A stretch of DNA of 57,188 bases, from the sequence record DRR723986_3008. One strand, written 5' to 3'. How positions within the stretch are numbered: the stretch's first letter is position 1; every line of letters starts with the position of its first letter. Both the position numbers and the translations under genes were made by a program. The notes below the pieces were generated by a model that ran no database searches, was not told the origin of the DNA, and was given only the letters and a program-made list of their open reading frames with translations. Positions 18,781 to 28,202 of the stretch are shown here, in pieces.

Positions 18781-19900
18781 CACCGAAATGCCACGCACAT
18801 TGGCACCTCATGCAGGCATGCCACCGCTTGATGCTTCTGCAGGCGGCGTTTCCTGGTTCGAGTTTGCGCCTGCGCATTTGTTTTATACGCCCATCGCGGT
18901 CTATTGCGGCTGGTTATCGCTGCGCCATTTCGGACCAACTCTACTGACTAATGCCAACCCATCCCTGCCCTATTCAGGGCTGGTCGGTGAAAGCAAGTAT
19001 GAGGTTTTCTCCGAAGTGAGCGGTGAAGCGCGCGGCTTGATTTCACCGTATGTAAGAGTTTTACGATGGGGCGGTGAAGGCGGGTTGGATAGGGCTGTGT
19101 CTGATGCGATGCATTCCATAACAGATGCCGGGCTATCTTTTCCGCTGGTTGCAAAACCCGACATTGGTATGCGGGGTGTCGGTGTTCAAATCGTCCGCGA
19201 TCAAACTGAATTATGGGCATACGCTGCCACATTCCCTGCCGGGGCCAATTTCATGCTGCAAACCCTCGTAAACGAGGAAGGCGAAGCCGGCGTATTTTAC
19301 ATTCGCGAGCCCGGTGAGAAAAAAGGTCGTATCACCAGCCTTACGCTGAAATATTTCCCGCGCGTTACCGGCGACGGCAAAAGAACGCTGCGCCAACTGA
19401 TCATGGACGATTCTCGCGCAGGCAAACTGGCCCATATATATTTGGAACGCCATAAAGAACGGCTAGACAAAATTGTTGACGAAGGCGAAAGCGTGCGCTT
19501 GGCCTTTGCCGGCAGCCATTCCCGCGGCACCATTTTTCGCAACGGCAATGACCAAATTACCGAAGCCATGACCGAAGCTTTTGACAGGGTGGCGCAGTCT
19601 GTTGATGAATTTTACATAGGCCGTTTTGATGTAAGGTTCGGCGACTTCGATGCCTTCAAAGAAGGCCGTGGTTTTCGCATTATCGAAATTAACGGTGCTG
19701 GCGGCGAACAAACCCATATATGGGACGCACGCACAACGCTGATGGAGGCCTACAAGGCGCTTCTCCAACAATTTGGCGCACTATACCGCATTGGCGCCGC
19801 AAACCGGCGCCGTGGGTTCAAACCCTCTTCATTGAAAACACTCATAAATGCTTGGCTGGGCGAAAAGAAGCTCACCAAACATTATCCCATCACACACTGA
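18773..19900 (+). CDS. ATP-grasp ligase of unknown specificity (not a canonical Ddl)
   Basis: FPLVAKPDIGMRGVGV, PRVTGDGKRTLRQLI, GRFDVRF, IIEING; overlaps the DedA gene by 8 nt. Confidence 0.85.
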   Translation: MDSTEMPRTLAPHAGMPPLDASAGGVSWFEFAPAHLFYTPIAVYCGWLSLRHFGPTLLTNANPSLPYSGLVGESKYEVFSEVSGEARGLISPYVRVLRWGGEGGLDRAVSDAMHSITDAGLSFPLVAKPDIGMRGVGVQIVRDQTELWAYAATFPAGANFMLQTLVNEEGEAGVFYIREPGEKKGRITSLTLKYFPRVTGDGKRTLRQLIMDDSRAGKLAHIYLERHKERLDKIVDEGESVRLAFAGSHSRGTIFRNGNDQITEAMTEAFDRVAQSVDEFYIGRFDVRFGDFDAFKEGRGFRIIEINGAGGEQTHIWDARTTLMEAYKALLQQFGALYRIGAANRRRGFKPSSLKTLINAWLGEKKLTKHYPITH

Positions 19901-19940
19901 AACAGTTGTTCAGATATTTGACAAAACACAGGAGACTAAA

Positions 19941-20378
19941 ATGGACTTTTTGAAAAAACATATCGAGTGGATCCCTATTATTTTGATCGCCATAATTCTT
20001 GGCGGCAGCTTCCCGTTTAAATTTATGGACGCACCGATCACCGTTCATATTTTCAACGTTGTTGGCGAATTCTTAGGTTTGGATTTCTTCAAATCTGTTG
20101 GGGCCTATATTATTGGCGCGGCAGAAGCCGTTGCCATTCTGCTGGTGCTCATGCCTAAAACACGCGGGCTCGGTGGTTTATTGGCTGTGGGCATTATGTC
20201 GGGCGCGATTGTGTTTCACCTTTTCAGCCCGCTGGGCGTCACGGTACAATGGCAAGAAGGTGGCCAAATGATGGAAGACGGCACGCTTTTCTATACAGCC
20301 GTCATTACCTGGATCAGTGGTCTGTTCCTGTTCTTGCGCAACAAAGACCAAGTATTGGGCTTGGTTGACAAGGGCTAA
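19941..20378 (+). CDS. DoxX-like membrane protein
   Basis: Four hydrophobic segments, FKF, IGAAE, MSGAIVFHLFSPLG; ATG after AGGAG. Confidence 0.75.
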   Translation: MDFLKKHIEWIPIILIAIILGGSFPFKFMDAPITVHIFNVVGEFLGLDFFKSVGAYIIGAAEAVAILLVLMPKTRGLGGLLAVGIMSGAIVFHLFSPLGVTVQWQEGGQMMEDGTLFYTAVITWISGLFLFLRNKDQVLGLVDKG

Positions 20379-20404
20379 CACGCCGCACTGTATGGATAGA
20401 TATT

Positions 20405-20431
20405 GGCCATAGGCGGGCATCGTCTATGGCC
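20405..20431. terminator. GC-rich hairpin between convergent genes (no U-tract)
   Basis: ggccataggcg-ggcat-cgtctatggcc, 11-bp stem. Confidence 0.5.
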
Positions 20432-20457
20432 GGGCGATTCTCAAATTTGCGCCCGAA

Positions 20458-21411
20458 CTATGAAGCATTTTCTCGGGCGCTTTTAAGGACACCCAATACA
20501 GCTTGCGCTTCGGCCTTGCTGACTGCTGCCTTCTTCATCAGTGCCACGAAAAGCTCGCTACCACCCCCATGCAGCATGTCTTTTGTGGCTGAAAGAGTTA
20601 ACCCCGACCTGTAAGCTAAGGCACTTTCCAAAAAAGCGATACTGCCCTTCTCTGCCATATCAAGCATAAGGTCGACTGTCAGGCGGTTTTGCGCGCGCAT
20701 GTCGCCCACATATGCGTGAATTTGGCTTTCGCTAGCCTTTTCAATCCGCGCCCACATCGCCTTGGAGGCGCTGCTGCGCATCAATTCGTCAGCGACATCT
20801 CCAGTAACACCGTACTGACCCTCAAGCAAACAACGGAAGCTGTCTGATACTTTATCTATAATGGCGTTTACAACAGATAGCGGCAAATCAGGCCTTGCAC
20901 TCACTTGTTCCATTAACATACGTCGCTCTGGAAACCGTTTTACAATGGAGGAAAGGACATGCTCATTGAGCCGAACTTTGTCGTTTCGCACCAAATAGCT
21001 TACGCTTTTTTCCGACCCAAAAGTGACCAACGCTTCGCAAGTTGTCTCGCCCAAACTACTTCGTTTGGCGATGGCAACATGGGCATGTTCTTCCAAATGC
21101 GGGATTAAACCTGACAATTGGCTGTCAGAAAACACCGGCGTTGCAGCCAGAAAAGGGCTGGAAACACTTTCCACATCAGTTGCAATTTTAGCGGCCAGAT
21201 CATGGGGCAAATAGGCACAATCACGCAGCTCAAACGCTAAAGCTTCTCGCACGGCCAAGGCTACATCTTGCGCCAATGCCCGCGCAACATTTTCGATAAC
21301 TTCGCGCTGTTCCTGGTCTTTTGAACGGTGCAAAAAGTCCGAAACGCGTCGCGTCAAGACAACCTTTTCAACGGTGTCTGCATGCAGCATTTTTACAGGG
21401 TCAATACTCAA
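20458..21411 (-). CDS. DUF2336 domain protein, paralog 1
   Basis: VREALAFEL...IATDVESVSSPFLAATPVFSD.QL...AIAKR pattern; TTG start after GGAG. Confidence 0.8.
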   Translation of the reverse strand: MSIDPVKMLHADTVEKVVLTRRVSDFLHRSKDQEQREVIENVARALAQDVALAVREALAFELRDCAYLPHDLAAKIATDVESVSSPFLAATPVFSDSQLSGLIPHLEEHAHVAIAKRSSLGETTCEALVTFGSEKSVSYLVRNDKVRLNEHVLSSIVKRFPERRMLMEQVSARPDLPLSVVNAIIDKVSDSFRCLLEGQYGVTGDVADELMRSSASKAMWARIEKASESQIHAYVGDMRAQNRLTVDLMLDMAEKGSIAFLESALAYRSGLTLSATKDMLHGGGSELFVALMKKAAVSKAEAQAVLGVLKSARENAS

Positions 21412-21528
21412 GAGTTTGCGCTCCAGTTATAGGTAGACTGTTGCAATAAGCTGCATAATTCAGTCACCAAAACGGCCAATTTGCCGTCATTAAGCAAGAA
21501 TTCTGGTAAAATTACCGTTAACATTTGC

Positions 21529-22482
21529 TCACTTCTTCACTTTGTTTTCAGCCTTTATCAGGCCCAAATACCTGGGTGCCAATGCGTCAGGCACATCTGC
21601 CTGTTTCATCAATTTCACGAATTCTGGTGGATTACTAAGGGTCAATATTCCCTTAATTTTATCAACAGTGTGGCCAGTTTTTAGGGCCAGCGCACTTTCC
21701 AAAAATGTCATGCTGCCACGCGCCGCCATTACCAAAACTATTTCGTGGGTCAAGCGGCGGCTTAATTTCAGGTCGGTCACGAATGCATGAATTTGCGCTG
21801 TAGTGGCGCCTTTAATTTGCTGCCAAATCACTTCATATCCGCTGGCGCTTGACAATTCTTCCGCTACCTCACCATCAAGATAATAATGCTCAACCAGCAT
21901 ATGTTTGAAATGGTCGGAAACTTTCTCAACAATGCGTTCCGCAACCGAAAGTGGCAAATCTTTGCGGGCACCCATGTGGTCCATCACGCGCCGGTTATCG
22001 CTAAACCTGTCAATAACTGTGCGGCAGGCCTGTTCAGGCAGCTCAAGACAATCGTTTCGAAGTAGGGCCGCGATACTGTTTTCATGACCTATTGTAGCCA
22101 GTGCATGAATAACATTTTCGGGCAATTCATTGCGCCGCGCAATCCAGGCACGCACACTATCTTCAAGTTCTGGCACTAGCTGTTCCAGCATGTCATCTGG
22201 AAAAACTCGCGTTGCTTGCAGAAATGGGCCTGAAACTTGTTCAATATCGGTAGCAATTTTTTTTGCCAAATCACGCGATAGCTTGCTGCATCGGCGCAGC
22301 TCGTATGCAAGTACACCGCGCACCTGGCTTGAAATATCTTGCGCTAAAACACGCGCAACATTTTCAACCGTCCGACGCTCAACATCGGCTTGATCGGTCG
22401 ACAGAAACTGGCCAACCTTCTTGGCCAGCAAGATCTTCTCGATCTTGGTGGAATCTATCAGGCTTGCCATTGATAAATCCAT
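21529..22482 (-). CDS. DUF2336 domain protein, paralog 2
   Basis: Colinear with paralog 1 (IATDIEQVSGPFLQATRVFPDD); also 317 aa. Confidence 0.8.
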   Translation of the reverse strand: MDLSMASLIDSTKIEKILLAKKVGQFLSTDQADVERRTVENVARVLAQDISSQVRGVLAYELRRCSKLSRDLAKKIATDIEQVSGPFLQATRVFPDDMLEQLVPELEDSVRAWIARRNELPENVIHALATIGHENSIAALLRNDCLELPEQACRTVIDRFSDNRRVMDHMGARKDLPLSVAERIVEKVSDHFKHMLVEHYYLDGEVAEELSSASGYEVIWQQIKGATTAQIHAFVTDLKLSRRLTHEIVLVMAARGSMTFLESALALKTGHTVDKIKGILTLSNPPEFVKLMKQADVPDALAPRYLGLIKAENKVKK

Positions 22483-22637
22483 ATACCTTCTTTCTATGTT
22501 AAGCGCTTGGCTCAGGCTCAGGGCGCTTGACTAAAACTGGGCATATATTTTCATAAGAAGCTGACAATTTCGTCAACGAACGGATAAAAAACGTCTCAAA
22601 TTTGAATGAAGTCATGCTGCGGGTGGTAACACCAGCG

Positions 22638-23639
22638 CTAGAAACCCGGCTTGTTTCTATCAAAAAAGAATGATGCGGCCTGTTCATGCCAAGGCTGTTT
22701 TTCGCCCCTGACATGAAAACCAACATGCCCACCTGAAGGTGTAATCACCGCGCCGGCTGGTATGTCTGTTGGCCAACTTGCACGATGATAGTCCTCCACG
22801 GGTATCCATGGGTCATTTGCTGCATGGATCGCCAGCGTGGGCGTGGTGATTTTATCTAACAGTGGAAAGCTGGATACACGGGCATAATAATCGGGTGCAT
22901 TTTTAAAGCCAAAAACAGGGGCGATGATCTGTTGATCGAAGTCCCAGACACTGGTTAACGATTGCGGGTCAACAGAGACATGAGGGTGGTCCAGCCCGGC
23001 CAGGTCGGCTTTCATATTATTGACCACATAGCGCGAATAAAAATGGTTGCGACGGCGTTCCAGCTTTTGTTGGCTTGTGGCCAAATCCAGAGGGGCAGAA
23101 ACCGTTACACAGGCTGCCAAAGCATCTGGCACATCACCTTCGCCGAGCATACGTAAGCTTAATTGGCCACCAAGAGAAAACCCCATAAGATAAAGTGCAG
23201 AAGCCGGTGTATGCTTGATAACCCGCCGCAAAACGGCCCTCAGGTCGCTTGTTAACCCAGCGCTGTATGGACCCTCTGACGTGTCAGCCGATGGCCCAAC
23301 GCCGCGGTAACTCATGCGGTAAACATCATATCCTTTAGCCATAAAGGCGCACGCGGCACTTAACATATAGCTGCTGTCTTCACCGCCGCCGAGGCCGTGC
23401 ACCAGCACCAATGCGCGCTCTGCTGGCTGTGCAGGCAACGCACGATTCACTGCAATATTAAGTGCGCCTACATCGATAGGTGCCAATATGCGTTCATCAG
23501 GCTCCAGGCTATTCGGCTTGCCTACAAAGCTGTTGCGCAGGGTTTGCAGGTCGCCGCCAAACCAGGGTGCGCGGGCTTTAAATACAGGCAAATCAGCCGT
23601 CCTAACGGCAGCTTGAAGACCGGCCCCAACAATCTTCAT
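22638..23639 (-). CDS. YheT-like alpha/beta hydrolase
   Basis: GGDLQT, HGLGG..SSY, GFSLGG nucleophile elbow, NDPWI, GGHVGF. Confidence 0.9.
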   Translation of the reverse strand: MKIVGAGLQAAVRTADLPVFKARAPWFGGDLQTLRNSFVGKPNSLEPDERILAPIDVGALNIAVNRALPAQPAERALVLVHGLGGGEDSSYMLSAACAFMAKGYDVYRMSYRGVGPSADTSEGPYSAGLTSDLRAVLRRVIKHTPASALYLMGFSLGGQLSLRMLGEGDVPDALAACVTVSAPLDLATSQQKLERRRNHFYSRYVVNNMKADLAGLDHPHVSVDPQSLTSVWDFDQQIIAPVFGFKNAPDYYARVSSFPLLDKITTPTLAIHAANDPWIPVEDYHRASWPTDIPAGAVITPSGGHVGFHVRGEKQPWHEQAASFFFDRNKPGF

Positions 23640-23663
23640 GCCTCACCGCGCAGATTTTTTATG

Positions 23664-24602
23664 TCAGGTATAAGCAGCACGACCGCCCTTCTGAACGGAC
23701 CCACCAGCATCCATACCGCCAAGGCCGTGCCGTTCATGAAAATAATCGATATGCGCCTGCACACACCCTTCCGCCGCTTTTATCAATCGGGGTGTAAGGT
23801 CTTGGTATAGGCTTTCGACTATAACAGCCGGATTACTTTCACCTTCCCGCAAAAATACATCAACCTGGTTCTGTCGCATCAACCGGTGTGCGCGAATTTC
23901 TTCGATACGAGCGCTGGCATCGCGAACCGGGTCGCCGTGACTAGGCAACAATAAGCTTGCTTCGGTTTGCTGAAGAACATCAAGGCTGTCAAAATAATCC
24001 GATAAATTTCCAAGCGGCGGCGCAATAACAGTTGTTGACCAGCCCATGACATGATCACCGGAGAATAAAACACCCTTTTCCGGCAGTAGGTAACACAGAT
24101 GATTAGGGAAATGCCCCGGTGTATGCAGCGCCTGAATACGCCAAGCTCCTTCGCCCAAAAGATGGCCACATTCCAATAGCTGGTCGGGCATAAAGTCGAT
24201 ATCAACATCTTCCTCACTGGCATCGGCAAATTCAGGAGTTAAACCGCCACGGCCATATATTGGCGCAGAGGTTTTTTCCTGCAGTGCCCGAGCTGCTGCA
24301 CTGTGGTCCAAGTGGGAATGTGTTACCAAAATACCCGCAACAGGCCGCCCTGCCAGCGCCCCGACAACTGCATCAACATGGCTTTCATTATCCGGGCCGG
24401 GGTCAACAATCCAAACCTCATTGTCCCCGACAATATAAGTGTTAGTGCCAGGGCCGGTATAATCTTTTGAATTGTCAGCAAGCAACACGTCAATGCCGTT
24501 AGCCACAGAAATAGGCGCACCGTAAATAGCTTTGTCCCGCAGGGCTTTAGCGGCAATATTGCTAGGCACAAGGCCGGTGGATGTAATGGAATTTTCAGTC
24601 AC
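23664..24602 (-). CDS. MBL-fold metallo-hydrolase (LACTB2-like)
   Basis: GPGTNTY, THSHLDH, TPGH, FSGDHVMGWST; GTG start. Confidence 0.9.
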   Translation of the reverse strand: MTENSITSTGLVPSNIAAKALRDKAIYGAPISVANGIDVLLADNSKDYTGPGTNTYIVGDNEVWIVDPGPDNESHVDAVVGALAGRPVAGILVTHSHLDHSAAARALQEKTSAPIYGRGGLTPEFADASEEDVDIDFMPDQLLECGHLLGEGAWRIQALHTPGHFPNHLCYLLPEKGVLFSGDHVMGWSTTVIAPPLGNLSDYFDSLDVLQQTEASLLLPSHGDPVRDASARIEEIRAHRLMRQNQVDVFLREGESNPAVIVESLYQDLTPRLIKAAEGCVQAHIDYFHERHGLGGMDAGGSVQKGGRAAYT

Positions 24603-24715
24603 AGGAAACTCTTATCAAATTTAGTCAAACACGCGAACGATAATGTAGGTCATGAAAGCAGAATTTCACCAATAACCAATCATCACACTTTGGTGACGCC
24701 TTATTATCATCTTAC

Positions 24716-25147
24716 CTATTGTGCTCGCTCAAACTTTGTCGATAACACAACGCTTGTCTGCGTGCGTTCAACACCCTTAATCCGACCAATTTCATCCAGA
24801 GCTTGATCAAGCGCAGCAGTGCTTTCAGCACGCAAACTGGCAATAAGGTCAAACTCGCCAGAAATGGTGAAAAGCCGGGTAATGGCAGAGTGGCGCTTAC
24901 AGAAAGCAACAATTTCGTCCTGAGCGCGCGGTGATATTTTCAGCATCACCTGCGCCCGCACTTCCCGGCCTGCATAATCACTGCCTAAACGCACAGTGTA
25001 CCCGGCGATGACACCGCTGGATTCTAACTTGCCCAGTCTGTCCTGCACGGTTGAGCGGGATAAGCCCATAACGCGGGAAAGGGCGCTCATCGAAATCCGG
25101 GCATTTTGGCGTAAAACATCAATCAAACGTTTATCTGTTGCGTCCAT
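24716..25147 (-). CDS. Lrp/AsnC family transcriptional regulator
   Basis: D..D..LI..L..NAR HTH, GVIAGYT, ISGEFDL; divergent from the lysine catabolic genes. Confidence 0.93.
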   Translation of the reverse strand: MDATDKRLIDVLRQNARISMSALSRVMGLSRSTVQDRLGKLESSGVIAGYTVRLGSDYAGREVRAQVMLKISPRAQDEIVAFCKRHSAITRLFTISGEFDLIASLRAESTAALDQALDEIGRIKGVERTQTSVVLSTKFERAQ

Positions 25148-25342
25148 TATTATAATTACCGGTTTTTACGTTAAAATTAGTATATATTTACATCATATTG
25201 TATGATCTGGCTATTCAAATCGGCGGGCTGTTGTTTGTATCTTTTTGTCAACATTTCCGGGCTGTGATGGGCTCACGCATCGGAAAATTAGGTTTTACAA
25301 ATACTCGGAACAGAAAAATACTTCGGCTGGAAGGACACCCAA

Positions 25343-26437
25343 ATGCACAACATCCTATTGATGGGCGCCGGGAAAATCGGCGAAATGATTGCCGCGCTAT
25401 TGGCGCAATCAGGCGACTACCGCATTACAGTTGCAGACATTAACGATGCTGCGTTAGCGCGCATTCCAACGCATGACAACGTCAGCACACTAAATTTAGA
25501 CGTAACCAACACCGAAGCGCTGGATAACGCCTTGCAAAACAAGTTTGCCGTTTTATCCGCATGCCCTTACAAAATGACGCGCTTGATTGCCCCTGCTGCC
25601 AAAAAAGCCAAAGTGCATTATTTCGACCTAACCGAAGATGTAGAAGCCACTCGATTAACCAAATCATTGGCAGTTGACAGCGAAAGCGCCTTCATTCCGC
25701 AGTGCGGCCTTGCCCCGGGCTTTATTTCAATCGCAGCATATAATTTGGCCAAAAACTTCGACACTTTGCATAATGTTCACATGCGGGTTGGTGCCTTGCC
25801 AAAATACCCATCAAACGCGCTTAAATATAACCTCACATGGTCCACTGATGGTTTGGTCAATGAATATTGCAATCCGTGCGAAGCCATTATTGGCGGCAAA
25901 CAAGTTGAAGTGCCGCCGCTGGAAGAGTTGGAGGTATTCAACCTGGACGGCATTGAATATGAAGCGTTTAACACGTCAGGCGGCCTCGGCACGCTATGTG
26001 AGACACTGGGCGGCAAGGTGAGAAACCTAAACTACCGCACGGTTCGTTATCCCGGCCACCGCGATATTCTCAAATTGTTGTTGCAAGACCTTCGCCTTAA
26101 CGAACGTAAAGACTTAATGATTGATATTTTTGAGCATGCGCTGCCCGCCACCATGCAAGATGTGGTTCTGGTGTTTGTCAATGTATCCGGCGAAAAAAAT
26201 GGCCGTTTCATGCAGGAAAGCTATGCCCATAAAGTGTATGCCCGTGAAATTGGCGGCAAACGCTGGAGCGCCATCCAGATAACCACGGCTTCTGGCATAT
26301 GCGCTATGCTTGACCTTGTTGCTGATGGAAAATTGCCCCAAAAGGGCTTCGTGCGACAGGAAGATACCAATTTCAACGATTTCATTGAAAACCGCTTTGG
26401 TTCCGCTTATGCCAATTCTGTAGAAGGTGGCATGTAA
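25343..26437 (+). CDS. Saccharopine dehydrogenase-family protein, probable L-lysine 6-dehydrogenase
   Basis: GAGKIG Rossmann motif, YFDLTED, PQCGLAPG, YNLTWSTDGLVNEY, RYPGH; linked to an ALDH7-type gene. Confidence 0.85.
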   Translation: MHNILLMGAGKIGEMIAALLAQSGDYRITVADINDAALARIPTHDNVSTLNLDVTNTEALDNALQNKFAVLSACPYKMTRLIAPAAKKAKVHYFDLTEDVEATRLTKSLAVDSESAFIPQCGLAPGFISIAAYNLAKNFDTLHNVHMRVGALPKYPSNALKYNLTWSTDGLVNEYCNPCEAIIGGKQVEVPPLEELEVFNLDGIEYEAFNTSGGLGTLCETLGGKVRNLNYRTVRYPGHRDILKLLLQDLRLNERKDLMIDIFEHALPATMQDVVLVFVNVSGEKNGRFMQESYAHKVYAREIGGKRWSAIQITTASGICAMLDLVADGKLPQKGFVRQEDTNFNDFIENRFGSAYANSVEGGM

Positions 26438-26479
26438 AATTACTTGCCCCTGTGGCGGGCTCGTAATTTGGGGAAAGTA

Positions 26480-28156
26480 ATGCCGGAACAATCTGACAAT
26501 GGAAAAATCACTGGTGGGCAAGCGCTGATTGAAGCGCTTATTGCCAACGGTTCAGATTTAGCGTTTGGTGTGCCGGGAGAATCGTATCTGGCAGCGCTTG
26601 ATGCCCTGCATGATGCTGGTGATGCATTACGCTTTATAACCTGCAGGCATGAGGCGGGAGCCGCCAACATGGCAGAAGCACACGGCAAGCTTACGGGCAA
26701 ACCCGGCATTTGCTTTGTTACCCGCGGACCCGGCGCTACCCACGCATCCATTGGCTTGCATACCGCCTTTCAAGACAGCACACCAATGATCATGCTCATC
26801 GGGCAAGTTGCCTCGGACCAAGTTGAGCGTGAAGCCTTTCAGGAAATTGACTATCGGCGCTACCTTTCAGAAGTTACCAAGTGGACAGCAGAAATTAACG
26901 ACCCGTCGCGTATCGCCGAATATGTTGGTCGCGCCTACCGGGTCGCCACTTCAGGCAGACCGGGCCCGGTGGCCCTTGCATTGCCGGAAGACATGCTAAC
27001 CACTTTGTGTGACCGGCAAGAAACCATTCCCTACACACCTGCAAAATCATCACCCAGCCCTGATGACATGCAGCAATTAAAACAAATGCTGGAAGCCGCA
27101 AAGCGACCGCTCATCATGCTGGGGGGCAGCGGGTGGTCAGCCGCTTCCATTGCAGGCATTCAGGCATTTGCGGAAAAAAATAGCCTGCCGGTTACAGTTT
27201 CCTTCCGCTGTCAGGACCGGTTTGATAACCGCTTACCCAATTATGTTGGTGACATGGGCATCGGCGCAAACCCGGTACTCATCAAGCAAATGCAAGATGC
27301 GGACGTACTGCTTGTTTTAGGCGCGCGGCTGGGCGAAATGACCACCGGCGGCTATGACCGCATTAAAGCGCCCGTGCCGAAGCAAACCCTTATTCATATG
27401 CATCAAGGCGCCGAAGAATTGGGCCGTGTGTACCAACCGGCTTTGGCGATCAATGCAACACCTGACACCATGGTCCCTGCCTTAATCGCCCTGAATTTAA
27501 AGCCAAACGACACTTGGGCGCAGCAAACCGCTGATGCGCGCGCAGCTTACCTGAGCTGGATCAAACCGCTCAAAAACCCCGGCAGCGTTCAGTTAGCAGA
27601 TTTGTATGCGCACATGCGTGAAAAACTGCCTGTGAATGCTATTTTATGTAACGGGGCGGGCAACTATGCATCTTGGTTGCACCGGTTTTACCAATACCGC
27701 GCATATGGCACCCAGCTTGCCCCAACATCTGGCGCAATGGGTTACGGCGTGCCAGCTGCGATCGCCGCTAAAATTGCACAACCTGAAAGCACCGTTATTG
27801 CCTGCGCTGGAGATGGCTGCTTTATGATGAGCGTTATGGAGCTGGCAACAGCGGTGCGCTACAAAGCCAATGTGGTTTTCCTTGTGTTCAATAACAGCAT
27901 GCTTGGCACCATCCGTATGCACCAAGAGCGCACCTACCCCGATAGAGTTTCAGGCACAGACCTCACAAATCCTGATTTTGTCGCGCTGGCAGAAAGTTTT
28001 GGTGTGCTCGGCTTGCGGGTGAGTGAAACCAGCGAATTTGAAGGCGCGCTTGATCGGGCACTTAAGGCGAACCAGCCAGCACTTATCGAAATTATTGTAG
28101 ATCCAGAGGCAATTGCACCCACAGCTACGCTCTCAAGCCTCAAGAATCAGACATAA
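26480..28156 (+). CDS. Thiamine-diphosphate-dependent enzyme (acetolactate synthase-like fold)
   Basis: FGVPGESYL, CRHEAGA, TRGPGAT, SGAMGYG, GDGCFMM...NNSMLGTIRMHQE. Confidence 0.92.
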   Translation: MPEQSDNGKITGGQALIEALIANGSDLAFGVPGESYLAALDALHDAGDALRFITCRHEAGAANMAEAHGKLTGKPGICFVTRGPGATHASIGLHTAFQDSTPMIMLIGQVASDQVEREAFQEIDYRRYLSEVTKWTAEINDPSRIAEYVGRAYRVATSGRPGPVALALPEDMLTTLCDRQETIPYTPAKSSPSPDDMQQLKQMLEAAKRPLIMLGGSGWSAASIAGIQAFAEKNSLPVTVSFRCQDRFDNRLPNYVGDMGIGANPVLIKQMQDADVLLVLGARLGEMTTGGYDRIKAPVPKQTLIHMHQGAEELGRVYQPALAINATPDTMVPALIALNLKPNDTWAQQTADARAAYLSWIKPLKNPGSVQLADLYAHMREKLPVNAILCNGAGNYASWLHRFYQYRAYGTQLAPTSGAMGYGVPAAIAAKIAQPESTVIACAGDGCFMMSVMELATAVRYKANVVFLVFNNSMLGTIRMHQERTYPDRVSGTDLTNPDFVALAESFGVLGLRVSETSEFEGALDRALKANQPALIEIIVDPEAIAPTATLSSLKNQT

Positions 28157-28202
28157 ACTTGGAAAAATCGGAACTGAAAAGCCGAAAATGGAGATCAAAC
28201 TG

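Noticed and set aside
23664-24602. MBL-fold protein as a metallo-beta-lactamase resistance gene
   Set aside because: No signal peptide; motifs match the widespread cytoplasmic LACTB2-like hydrolases.
25148-25342. Lysine riboswitch upstream of the lysine dehydrogenase-like gene
   Set aside because: No recognisable L-box core; only a weak hairpin near 25254-25286. The divergent Lrp explains regulation.
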